NCBI GenBank assembly: GCA_951406725.2
Contig: OX597828.1
Coordinates: 54,932,001 to 54,996,000, forward strand
Source: Octopus vulgaris
Lineage: Eukaryota
Direction of reading: 5' to 3'
Length of the DNA: 64,000 nt
Numbering within the stretch: position 1 is the stretch's first letter; every line of letters starts with the position of its first letter. The position numbers were made by a program, and so were the translations under genes. Positions 1 through 11,257 of the stretch are shown here, piece after piece. The notes under the pieces were generated by a model. It saw only the letters and a program-made list of their open reading frames with translations, searched no databases and was not told the origin of the DNA.

Positions 1-119
1 CAAGAGGACAGTCATCGCCAGGAAGTTTGCAATCAGGACAGCAACCATCGAATGCCATGCGACAAATTCCACAATTATCATCATTGGCAATCCATCGCCA
101 TGTGGCTACAGCTGTCCAG
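1..119 (-). CDS. ANAPC11: ANAPC11 (APC11 RING-H2 subunit) coding exon 3, runs off the window edge
   Basis: Minus strand ttgtttcag|C TGG ACA GCT... translates [39 protein letters not shown], matching APC11 (human [39 protein letters not shown]). Confidence 0.97.
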
Positions 120-924
120 CTGAAACAATGTGAAGGATCAGAAATCTATCAATAATATTTACATGAATCAGAAGAGTGTGTGTTTGTGTGTGTCTTTCTC
201 TATATTTGTCCCCCACCACTCTTTGACAACCTGTGTTGGGGTATTTATGCCTCTGCAACTTAGCAGTTTAGCAAAAGAAATTAATAGAATAAGTACCAGT
301 TTTAACCCTTTCGTTACCAACCTGGCTGAAACCGGCTCTGGCTCAGTATACCAGCCTGTGGGTGCAATAAAATGAGCTCATAGGCACAATTGCACCTGCG
401 GGCAGGGTTTCCCCACCCTTGATTTAATAGAATCTATTTCACATGGTCTGTTATTGATATCTGTTACTGTGAATTTACTTCTTACAAAATCCATCTTTTC
501 TGTCAGCACACCTGTGATTCCACTTCATTTCTCTTTCTCAATGTGTGTTGATGAAAGAAGTAAACAATGAGCAAACCAGAAAACTAGTTCTTTCTAATAA
601 AAATAACAGCAATCGCTTGGAACTCAAGAGCTATGATTTGGAAATCAAGTACCACAACCATCCAGCTATTTCTTTTCAACTCTCTTAACCACAGACCTTA
701 GCAGAAACAAAAGACACACAGACTGCAACCAGGAAAAAAATATGACACTTCACATAGTTGTAGCCTACAATAAAGATGCCACATATTAACATTGTAAATT
801 GGAACTTACAAGTTGATCCTATGTCTACCAGAGAGGACGGTCACAGTACTTACATGATTAATTGATTGAACGAGGAAGAGAAGTGACATTCACATTTTTC
901 TATCAGCCTCCCCTGGCACGTAAA

Positions 925-1650
925 AAGCTCTATCTGTACGTGGCCAATACCAGTGCCGCCTTGACTGGCTTCCGTGCCAGTGGCATGTGAAAAGCCCCAA
1001 CCGATCGTGGTCGTTGCCAGCCTCCCCTGGCACATAAAAAGCACCCACTACACTCATGGAGTGGTTGGCGTTAGGAAGGGCATCCACTGTAGAAACACTG
1101 CCAGATCAGACTGGAGGCTGGTGCAACCTCCTGGCTTCGCAGACCCCAGTCAAACTGTCCAATCCATGCTAGCATGGAAAACGGACGTTAAACGATGATG
1201 ATGATGATTTAACGTTAGTTTTTCCATGCTGACATGAGTTGGATAGTTTGACAGGAGCTGACCAGCTGAGGGGTCATTCAGGCCCCCTGTCTGTTTGGCA
1301 TGGTTTCTACAGCTGGATGCCCTTCCTAATGCCGTCCACTTCACAGAGTGTACTGGGTACTTTTACGCAGCACTGGCATGGGTGCTTTTTACATGGCACC
1401 AGCACCTACAAGCCTGTGAGATTAGGGATACTCAGCTGAAGAGGATTGCAGGGGACGAGCCTGTATGCAAGGACAACTACTTACTTAGCTTCACATGTCT
1501 TTTCAAGCACAACAAACCGCCAGGGGTCTCGGTCCCCTGAAATCCCTTCTGTGAGTTCTAACGTCTGTAAATCCTTTCTCACCACTTTGTCCCACGTCTT
1601 CCTGGGTCTACGCCTTCTATATGTTCCCACTCCAATTATAGATCAGCATC
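925..1650. mobile_element. Two tail-to-tail copies of an abundant LINE-3'-end/SINE-like repeat with (GAT)n tail (family 3)
   Basis: Motif ggttggcgttaggaagggcatccagctgtagaaa..catgctagcatggaaa..cgttaaacgatgatgat on + (925-1208) and - (1205-1650). Further copies near 5420, 8230, 9340, 15330, 18450, 29280, 30050, 34270, 34925, 37200, 38980, 47000, 47680, 52170, 54470, 61630, 62228. Confidence 0.85.
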
Positions 1651-1829
1651 TCTAATGTTCATCAATAAAGCGAAATAACTCCAACCAGAATTTAAATGTC
1701 ATGTAGTCAGAATTGGTATACCTGAATCTTACCTCTTGGCTGTAGCACACGGGACAGAGAAACTTTAGAAATAAAAAAAAATCCTTTTGTGATCAGGAAA
1801 CCATTCTTTCTTACCAAACTGCTACTCAC

Positions 1830-1830
1830 C
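1830..1830 (-). CDS. ANAPC11: ANAPC11 single-nucleotide exon 2 (G; middle base of Ser7 codon A|G|C)
   Basis: Minus strand atttcttttctgtattacag|G|gtgagt: pyrimidine tract, CAG acceptor, one base, then a consensus donor. Supplies exactly the 1 nt needed to join exon 1 (phase 1) to exon 3 (phase 2). Confidence 0.88.
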
Positions 1831-3022
1831 CTGTAATACAGAAAAGAAATTTCATAATCATAGATGACAATCAAAGGAAAGTATGACTTAATGTTTGAAT
1901 GATAGGATAGGTTAATATACATTGATACAGGAATGGTAGAGGAGAGAAAGTGCACATTTGAATGACCAAGAGAAAATACATTAAAAAATATTTATTTTCA
2001 ATCAATGTATGTATTGATGTGGTATTGGAATAAAATAACAATGTATACAATTTATATGAAAAGGTATTAAATGTCTTTTTTTTTTTTTTTTTTTTGGTGC
2101 AAGAGAAACTCCTTTTTAGATCCTTTGTGCATTAACAACATAGCCTGCTCTGAATGACATCAGCGGACCATCAGACACCAGTGTTTTGGCACAATTTTGC
2201 CCCATTTCCGGGAAAAGTGAAAAATGAAGGTGGGGGAAATTGAAATTTGAAAATGCGATTTTTAAAAATTTTTTTCCAGAATCGGATCTTCCATTACCAA
2301 AAACGTGGGATTCCGTAAAAAAAATCTATATATATCCATTTTACCGGAAGTTATGACGGAAAAATCAGATCTTGTGAATTTTCCGAAAGTCCCCCTGCCC
2401 AGGGTCGTGGGTGCTCATTTTTTTTTTTTTCATATTCATTTTCTAAATACTTGTTAATACCCACCAGGCAGGGTTTCATTTTTTTTGTTCCCGGGTGAAG
2501 ATTTTTATATTGACCGGATTTTTGTTTTGTTTTCGTTAACGGGTGAGGATCTTTATATTGAAAATTCCCTCCAACAAATGCACCATGGTAGAGGCATTTA
2601 GAAGAATGATAGTATTTAATTAAGGTCACCGAGTGTATAACGAAATCAGAAGCTGTGGATAAAACTGGCAGAAAATATAAAAGTGCAAAAAAAGAGTTTG
2701 AACGGTTGACAGCAAATGAGACACAAATCTCTTCAGCGGAAACAGAAAAGTGTCTTGAAGGGAGTAGAGACAAGTGGATGTGCAAAAGAAACCCTAATCC
2801 TTGTGAAACATGATAAATGTGAACGAAAATCAGAATTTAGGATCAGAGAGAAAAAAATTCAATAAAAAGTGAAGAATCTGATTCATTATAATTCTTCTTC
2901 TTTACGCAATATTTCCAACTCTGGGCTTCTAAATGTAAATTCATTTGTCCAATACAAATGCCACAGTGTACCATATCTTCATCTATTTCTATAAAATAAA
3001 TGAAATAAAAGGAAATCCTTAC

Positions 3023-3041
3023 TTTTTACTTTCACCTTCAT
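3023..3041 (-). CDS. ANAPC11: ANAPC11 coding exon 1 (MKVKVK + A)
   Basis: ATG AAG GTG AAA GTA AAA A|gtaagg; MKVKVK matches the APC11 N-terminus (human MKVKIK). Confidence 0.93.
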
Positions 3042-3059
3042 CTTTTTTAACTCATGCAG

Positions 3060-3275
3060 CCCGCCATTGTTATCAGAATCAGTTATAAAAACAAATCGTA
3101 GTTGCGTATCTCCAAACAAAACTAGACATATTTATATATATACGTTCAGTATTAATTTTAATATAATCACACATTTAAATAGTATATTAAAAATAACGAC
3201 ATTAAACTAGAAAGTAAAATTTTAATACTAAACTAAATATAAACATTTCTCCTGAAATCTGTAAAAATGGCGGTT
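3060..3275. promoter_or_regulatory. Putative bidirectional promoter between ANAPC11 and DIS3L
   Basis: About 200 bp very AT-rich spacer bounded by outward-facing YY1-like ATGGCGG motifs (minus 3061-3070, plus 3264-3273); genes are divergent. Confidence 0.6.
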
Positions 3276-3373
3276 TTTATTTTTGTTTTCATAAAAATTG
3301 TTTGAAAGTTTGTGATTTTGACTTCGTCTTCCACCGCTGCTGGATTATTTAATTATTTAGGTATTTGATACAG
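3255..3373 (+). other. DIS3L: Putative non-coding first exon of DIS3L
   Basis: Candidate donors tag|gtattt (3360/3361) and cag|gtactt (3373/3374). The ATG exon has its own acceptor at 7521, so an upstream UTR exon is required. Boundaries uncertain. Confidence 0.4.
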
Positions 3374-4256
3374 GTACTTGGTTATTTCACTTCCTAACAA
3401 TTGACCTCTGTCAATTTTGATTATATTGTTCTTTATAAATTAACACTAATTGGCACAAAATAATACTAATTATGTTTGTTATTGATCTCTCTCTCACATT
3501 ATTGACATAAAATCGAACAAGTTTTGATATTGCTCCCTCTCTCTGGTATTGATAGAAAGTCGATGACGACAAGCAAACCTCAGGCGATATTTCGTATTGT
3601 TTTATCGACTTTAGTGAAAGCCTTTATGGCCCCTAATGAAAGGCTTTCCACCTAGGAGTATCCCGTCTCCAGGTGTGCAGGGAACCCGGAACAATGTTGC
3701 CTAATGTTTCCTTTTCTAAGATGATGTGTCTGTGATATGAAGGAGATTTAACTGCTATTTCTACCCGTTCACTCAACCATCAAATGGTTACCTTGCTACG
3801 AAGCTGCGCTAAAACAAAGGATAAGAAGACGATGATGATGATGATGAACATCGTCGTCATCTTTATTTGTTTGGCCCTCTGCTATTTCTGTTAATCCAAT
3901 GCCTTATTCGATCTATTTACAGACCTTTTCTCTAAAAACCAAAGCTACGTTGAAGCGGAACTGTATTTAACGACGAGGACGTAGTTTGTTGACATTTCTT
4001 AGAGTAGACAAGTGGTGAAGTAGGTTGGCAGAATCGTTAGAGCGCTGGAACAAAAAATACCTAAAGTTATTTACTTCAGTTTTTTAGATTGTGAGTTCAA
4101 ATTCCGCCGGAGTCAACTTAGCCTTTCATACATCCCACCCCACCGCCGGCATGGATGAAATAAAGGACTCGTGACGTAGTAGGGTTGATTGATATATTCG
4201 ACTAAATTCCTCTCCTTAAAATTACTAGCCCTGTACCAAAACTAGAAACAATTTTA

Positions 4257-4350
4257 GGCGATCCTTCGGTATAGGTACCGTAAGTAGCGGAAGTGGCTTT
4301 GTTTACATTTCTGAAGATAACAGAGACCCTTTTCCCCTATCCCTAACCCC

Positions 4351-4393
<43 letters not shown>

Positions 4394-4439
4394 AAACACT
4401 TTCTTGAAATGTTTCCGGTACCTATACCGAAGTTACACC
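4257..4439. mobile_element. MITE with GG..CC termini and 8-bp TSD (Merlin-like)
   Basis: TSD caatttta (4249-4256, 4440-4447); inverted repeats cttcggtataggtaccg / cggtacctataccgaag. Confidence 0.75.
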
Positions 4440-4917
4440 CAATTTTATAACGTACAAAGACAATGAAGTATAGTGATGTTTGTGTTTTAATGACGCAATG
4501 TTCTTCTTATTTACTTGCTGAGCGTTTGACCAGATCTAATGGAAATATCGAAGTCCCAAACCGTCCATCTACTTTATCTAGATATACTTTCCCGTCCCTT
4601 TTCTCGCAATTAATTTACAACAGTGTAGTTTATTACATGATCTGAAATTGTTGACAATTTTAAACTGAAACGCTTTCGAGCCAGTCTTACAGGCTTTTGT
4701 TTGTAGAAGAGGAGGTTGTTGTCGCTGGGCTTCCGATTTCGATTCCACAGAGCGGACAACTTGGGCGATTTGTCATTCATTGTTGTCGTGGTTCATTGAG
4801 TTGATTTTCTGGGATACATCCAAGTACATAAAATGTATAAATCATCGTCGTCGCCGTTGTCATCATCATCAGCAGCAGAAGCATCGTCATCATCATCGTC
4901 ATTGGCATGGATTAGAT

Positions 4918-5253
4918 CAGTGGTTCTCAGTCGGGTTTCATGTATGATTTTTTGGGGTCCACACAACAAAATAGAAACTTGGGGGTCCACAATAGTATTT
5001 TAAGAGACCCTGAAAAAATTTAGCTTTAGTTGTATGTATTGGTATGTATTGCAATAAACAGTTTTTTCAACCCCTTCAAACATTTTACAAGTTCAACCTA
5101 TAAAAGTTAAAATGTAAAAAACAAAATCGGGATTTTGAAAGAAGTTTCTATAAAACTAGTTTTTAAGCATAGAATAGCTAAGGGGGTCCACCAGAATAAA
5201 ACAGTAATGAAAGGGGGTACAGAGATAAAAAAAAAAATGGTTGAGAACCTCTG
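4918..5253. mobile_element. hAT-type MITE
   Basis: TIR cagtggttctca / tgagaacctctg; 8-bp TSD gattagat / ggttagat. Confidence 0.8.
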
Positions 5254-6804
5254 GGTTAGATAGTTCATCCTGGCCTAAATTCTTACTTAGAATTACTTCT
5301 ACTGTCCCAGACAGGTTGGAGAACCACTTTTCACTCATACATTTCACTCTTGGTTTAGTTTCAATAGCCTGATGCCCTTTCTAGCACCAACCGTTTTATA
5401 TTTGATGTAATTTTATGTTAGGCAATGGATGCTGTGTGCAAGAAAGAAGACTGCACTGGTTTGGTTATGTGATGCATATGGATGAGGACAGCTGTGTAAA
5501 AAGTGCTGAGCTGTAATTGTGGAGGGTAGCTGTGGGAGGAATAGACTAAAGGAGACATGGGATGAAGTGGTGAGAAAGGATCTTTGGATGCTGGGCCTCG
5601 CTGAAGAAATGACAAGGGGCTGAGAGATGTGGCAATTTGCTGTACTTGATAAGATGTGTCAAGCTAAGTAAAATCGCTGTCTTCCACATATACAGGCTTG
5701 TCTTTTCAGGTGCTGGCGCCAGATAAAATGCACTTGTGCTGGTGCTGCATAAATGCACCCATGCCAGAGCTGCATAAACACACCTGTGGCGGTGGCACAT
5801 AAAAAGCACGCAACACACTCTGTTAAGTGGTTGGTGTTAGGAAGGGCATCCAGCCATAGAAACCATGCCTCAACTGACACTTGGAGTCTGGCCAGCTGAG
5901 TGTTAAACTGTCCAACCAATGTCATCATGGAAAATGGATGTTAAACAATGACAACAACGACGACATTCTCCATAGCAACTGAACTGAACAATCTTGCTTC
6001 TGAACGAATTGTGATTCAGATCATCACTGTTTCCCTTGGAAACTGGAGTTTAACCCCAAAATTAGTGGGTTTGTGTTAATGTTAGAGATCAAGAAATCAA
6101 ATGAGTTGGGATGTGAGAACAGATTGATATATTTATCCACTTGAAGTACAACATAATGGATGGCTTATTAGCTGAACTTTTAACCTTGTGGGACAAAGTT
6201 CAGCATCTTAACCCTATTATTGTTGTTATGTTTACCTCTCTCTTTCTTTCTTTTCCTATTGTGTGTGCATTGTTTTATCTATTCTATGTATATAAATGTG
6301 TGTGTGTATGCATGTATATACACACATACAAGTGAGTTTATGAACACACACACATACAAGCACATATACATACACATACGTTACATTTTAGTGATGACAT
6401 TAAACCAGGGATACATCATTTTTTCAATCCCATTTTCTAAAAGTTCTAGATTATTCATAATCAAGCGTTATGACTGATGAAATCATTATGAGTTTGGACC
6501 ATTGGGTGACTGATATACCACTAATCTGGATGTGTTTTTAGACAAGAAACCTAACGATTGCTATCATTTACTTGTAATTAAGTGTAGGTATTAGTTGTAC
6601 AACACAATGAATATTTTACTAACTTCCTTTAACTCTGTTAATATTTTGTGTATTTTGCTTATGATAGAAACTTTCATAATGTAACACGTTTAACTGTTTT
6701 GATATCAACCTGCCTGAGGATTACCTTAAAACCTTCCATCAAAATTTCATTTTGATTCAAATTCTAAAACCAGTTAAATAACAACAAATTTATTGTACTA
6801 AGTT

Positions 6805-7014
6805 CTTTTACTCTTTTACTTGTTTCTGTCATTTGACTGTGGCCATGCTAGAGCACCACCGTTAGTCAAGCAAATCGACCCCAGGACTTATTCTTTGTAA
6901 GCCTAGTACTTATTCTATCGGTCTCTTTTTGCTGAACCGCTAAGTTACGGGAACGTAAACACGCCAGCATTGGTTGTCAAGCTACGTTGGAGAGACAAGC
7001 ACAAGCACACAAAC

Positions 7015-7077
<63 letters not shown>

Positions 7078-7245
7078 TATGACAGGCTTCTTTCAGTTTC
7101 CGTCTACCAAATCCTCTCACAAGGCTTTGGTCGACCCGGGGCTATAGTAGAAGACACTTGCCCAAGGTGCTATGCAGTGGGACTGAACCTGGAACCATGT
7201 GGTTGGTAAGCAAGCTACTTACTACACAGCCACTCCTGTGCCTAT
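6805..7245 (-). mobile_element. tRNA-derived SINE (family 2, about 400 bp, internal TA/CA microsatellite, (AAAGAGT)n tail)
   Basis: A/B-box-like head gtggctgtgtagtaag..ggttcagtccc. Near-identical copies at about 13465(+), 14603/14840(-), 21765(-), 25290(-), 28140(+), 37626(-), 40035(-), 52370(+), 60128(+), 61992(-). Confidence 0.88.
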
Positions 7246-7254
7246 TGTATATAT

Positions 7255-7290
<36 letters not shown>

Positions 7291-7543
7291 CTCATTCTTT
7301 AACATCCGCCTTCCATGCTGGAAAGTGTGATATATATATGTAGTTCAGTGCATGTGCCAGCCTAGAACATGAACATTAAATGATAATGGTGGTGTTGTTG
7401 ATGACGATACACATGCATGTGCGCACACACATACACACACACACGCGCACACACACACACGCACACACGCATACTTATTTCTTTAGTGGAGACATCATTT
7501 CATCTTTTTTGTATTTAACAGTTGTACAAGCCAATACTGAAAT

Positions 7544-7742
7544 ATGACTGCCGAAGAAAGTGATGACTTTGAGAAAGCCCCATCCACCACCTCTATATCC
7601 CAGATTTCCAGAATAAACAGACAGTTCCGGCTGAAGTCGAACCGGAAAAGCAATATTATTAGTATGGTACAAGAACTCTATCTTCGAAAAGATGTTCCTT
7701 GCAAAAGTCTTTTATGCCAGAACAATTGCACATCGAATAAAG
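7544..7742 (+). CDS. DIS3L: DIS3L coding exon 1
   Basis: Acceptor aacag| at 7521, ATG 7544, ..VQELYLRKDVPCKSLLC.. (CR3 motif), donor G|gtaagt. Confidence 0.92.
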
Positions 7743-8658
7743 GTAAGTGTGGATGGGTTGGTTTGATCTTTTGTTTTACTTTTTTAATTGTTTCAGTCCA
7801 TATGTGGCCAAGCTGGGGCACCACCTGCATGTCTTAATCATCTCAAACCTAGTACTTACTTTGTCAATCTCTATTTGACAAATGGCTAAGTTACTTTTTT
7901 GACATATAGGTGTAGGAGTGGCTTTAGTCGAGCAAATCAACCCCAGGACTTTTTCTTTGGAAACCTAGTACTTATTCTATCAGTGTCTTTTGCCGAACTG
8001 CTAAGTTAGGGGGATGTAAACACACCACCATCAGTTGTCAAGGCTATAGTAGAAGACACTTGCCCAAGGTGCCACGCAGTGGGAATGAACCCGGAACCAT
8101 GTGGTTGGTAAGCAAGCTACTTACAACACAGCCACTCCTGTCTGAAATAATTTATTGTTTATTTGATTTTAATTCTTTAGAGTAGTTAATGTAATCTCTG
8201 GAGGTGAAACCTGTTTAATATTTGGCCTCACTGAGGAGATGACAAGAGACTGAGACATCTGGCAATTTGCTGTACTTGTAAATACATGTCAAGCTAAGTA
8301 AAACCATGGCCATCCATACGTACAGTCAAGTCCTTTATGACCCATGCTGTCACCACATAAAATGCCCTTGTACCTGCGTCACATAAAAAACATTCATGTA
8401 AATAGCATTTGTACTAGCACCACGTAGAAACATCTGTCCAGTGTCATGTAGTAAAATCCCCTGGTACACGCTGTAAAGTGATTGGCATTAGAAGGGCATC
8501 CAGCCAAAGAAATCGGGCCAAAACAGACAATTGGAGCCTGGGCAGCTCTCCAGCAAGCCAGCTGCTGCCAAATTGTCCAACCCATGCCAGCATAGAAAAC
8601 ACGTTAAATGATGATGATACATATCCAGGAATAAAACACTTGATGATGTTGTATACAT

Positions 8659-8702
<44 letters not shown>

Positions 8703-9063
8703 TATCATTATTATATCTACTTTCCATGTCCACATGGGTTTGCTGGGTTGTCACAGTCCAAGGCAGATCTTACTTAAAGTTACTGATCTCTTAGACGGGC
8801 CTAAGGATCACGTCTCACTTGATGGTAAATATTTAGTGTGGTATCTATGGTTGGATTTCATTCTAACCACCAACTTTACATGGTATGTAATGGTTCATTG
8901 CTGAGTTATGACCCCAGCAATAGAGAGAAGTTGCTTGATGATGTTAATATTCAAAAATATTCCATCTCTATAGGGAAAGTTTATAATCCTGAATATTATA
9001 GTTCTATGATTGTTGTTGTCTGAAAATATGACTTATTTTTCTATTTTGTTCTTGTTTCCACAG

Positions 9064-9197
9064 AAAATGATGTATTCCTATCATTGGATGTTTCACATTA
9101 TGTTATACTGGACAGCCAGATATGCAGGGACTATTTGGAAGTATGGGAAACACCAGAGATAAAAGGAATTATATTCCCCCAAACTATTGTTAACAGT
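9064..9197 (+). CDS. DIS3L: DIS3L exon 2 (PIN)
   Basis: cacag|..DVSHYVILDSQICRDYLEVWETPEIKGIIFPQTIVNS|gtaagt. Confidence 0.95.
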
Positions 9198-10072
9198 GTA
9201 AGTTTTTCTTTTATTATGTATAAATACAAATCTACACATATGTGTAGTTATTAAAAATCTGCTTCAACAAATTCCATGGAGAAGTGATGTTAAATGATGA
9301 TGATGGTGATGATGATGATGGTGATGATGATGATGATCATCATCATCGTTTAACGTCCGTTCTCCATGCTAGCATGGGTTGGACGGTTCGACCGGGGATC
9401 TGGGAAGCCAGAAGGCTGCACCAGGCTCCAGTCTGATCTGGCAGTGTTTCTACAGCTGGATGCCCTTCCTAACGCCAACCACTCCGTGAGTGTAGTGGGT
9501 GCTTTTTACGTGTCACCTGCACAGATGATGATATATATACATACATACATGTATGTGTATATATATGTGTGTGTGTTGTGTGTCATAAGTCCAAAACGTT
9601 GCCCTTTCAGAAAACGAAAAAGTAGTTTCACCATTCCATTTCTTTTTACATTAACAACAGTTTCAGCTGAACAATAATACTTTGTTGGGTGCATAAAATC
9701 GTAATTCCTTGCATGAACGATATTTTCAGTCAGAAATATTTTTGAAAAACTGTCGTATGTGGGGCTTACTACACTTTTGAAAAAGGCTAATCCATTGTAC
9801 TACACTTTGACAATTTTCATATCTTGGCATCTGAAGCAGCTGGAGATATGACAGTTTGACCAAAAGAACCAGCTATTGCAAGCAAAATTGAATATTGGAA
9901 AAAACGCATTTGGCCAAGTTTGGACATACGAAAGTTTAACATAACAGCAACGATGTATATATGTATATATATATATATATATATATAAACAATTGCAGCA
10001 TGGTAGGTGTTTATAAGCCATTTAAAAGCACACAAAAACGGTTAGATTCACTTCAACATTTAAATTTAAGTT

Positions 10073-10117
10073 GCCAAAATATTTTCGTTGCTTTGAGACC
10101 GCGACCTGATCACTGAC
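10073..10117 (-). ncRNA. Minimal type I hammerhead ribozyme motif, G3:C8 variant (Penelope-type repeat)
   Basis: GUCA-GUGAUCA-G-GUCGC[ggucucaaa]GCAAC-GAAA-AUAU-U-U-UGGC; palindromic AAUAUU helix III. Confidence 0.65.
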
Positions 10118-10811
10118 TATATTGTGGAAGTGTGTGGATTAGTGGTTAGGGTGTTGGGCTCATGATCATAAGATTGTGGTTTCAATTCCTGGACCAGGCA
10201 ATGCGTTGCGTTCTTGAGCAAAACACTTTATTTCACACTGTTCCAATCCACTCAGCTGGCAAAATTTAGTAATCCTACAATGGACTGGCGTCCCTTCCAG
10301 GTGGGGAATATATACACCTGGAAACCAGCCATTATGAGTCACCATGACTCAAGAAGGTAACTTTACCTTTGTGTGTGTATATTACTTCTGTTCTTTTACT
10401 GGTTCTCCTTCCATTTAGCTTTTGCCATGGTGATAAACTAGCATCAAAATACAAAAAATTCTACTGATGGCAATATTCTTTTACAGGCCATTCTGTAGCA
10501 TTGCATGTTGATTATATCAACTGCTCTACTTATTTTTATTGAGTGCTACTTATTTTATCAGCCTCTTACAAGGATGAAAAACAAAGGTAACCTTAGTGAG
10601 ATTTGAACTTGGAATGTAAAATGCTGGAACAAATCCCCACATGACATTTGGTTTGATGCTGTACTGATCCTATTAAAAGTGTTTCATCTCCAGAGTTGAG
10701 CTTCACTCTCTTCAAGACTATAATCATATCAGCAATGATTGTCTGTTTTGTAATGGGGAAGATACGTTACATGTTATGAAAGTAAAATGTAATAATTTCT
10801 TCTTCACTTAG

Positions 10812-10963
10812 GTCCAGTACGAAGGTAACAGTCGTCAGGTGAAACGACTCAAAGCCCTCCTGGATGATCCTCGTAAAGGATCAGTGTTGTTCTGTAATGA
10901 ATTTCATGAAGATGTGTATTGTGAAAGACAACCAAAAGAACCAACATCAGAATGGCAAACTAG
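10812..10963 (+). CDS. DIS3L: DIS3L exon 3 (PIN)
   Basis: ttag|VQYEGNSRQVKRLKALLDDPRKGSVLFCNEFHEDVYCERQPKEPTSEWQT|gtaagc. Confidence 0.95.
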
Positions 10964-11257
10964 GTAAGCTGCTCTGTTTGTCCGTCCGTCTGTCCATCCC
11001 AAACACTTCTCTCTCTCCCAAATACAGCCAGTATTAGTAAGCTTATCTTACTAAATACAACTAATACCGATAAACTTTTCTTTTTTTTCCCCCTTCATAT
11101 TTTCTTCTTCTTCATCTTCCTCTTCTTCCATTTCTTTCTTCATTATCTGATTTCTGTAGAATCCTCTGCTCCAAGTTCTCAAAAGCTTTTCTTCATTTTA
11201 GCTATCATGTTCTAATTAGTCTTGCTTTTGTTTCTTTTCTCCTTGTACCATTCCTAG

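Noticed and set aside
1707-1955. 82-aa minus-strand ORF overlapping the 98-nt pseudo-exon, as a coding exon
   Set aside because: Its frame is incompatible with exon 1 (A|GG TGA gives a stop) and it has no APC11 similarity.
2090-2810. Region with an about 30-bp degenerate direct repeat at its ends and a 144-aa minus ORF
   Set aside because: Probably a transposon relic, but no TIR, family motif or protein similarity could be supported.
3005-3020. ATTTCCTTTT just after ANAPC11 exon 1 as an AT-AC U12 donor
   Set aside because: Mismatch to ATATCCTT, would add residues absent from APC11, and no in-phase acceptor is available.
4665-4710. Minus-strand stem followed by GAAAGCGTT resembling a hammerhead 3' half
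   Set aside because: No CUGANGA-like core upstream.
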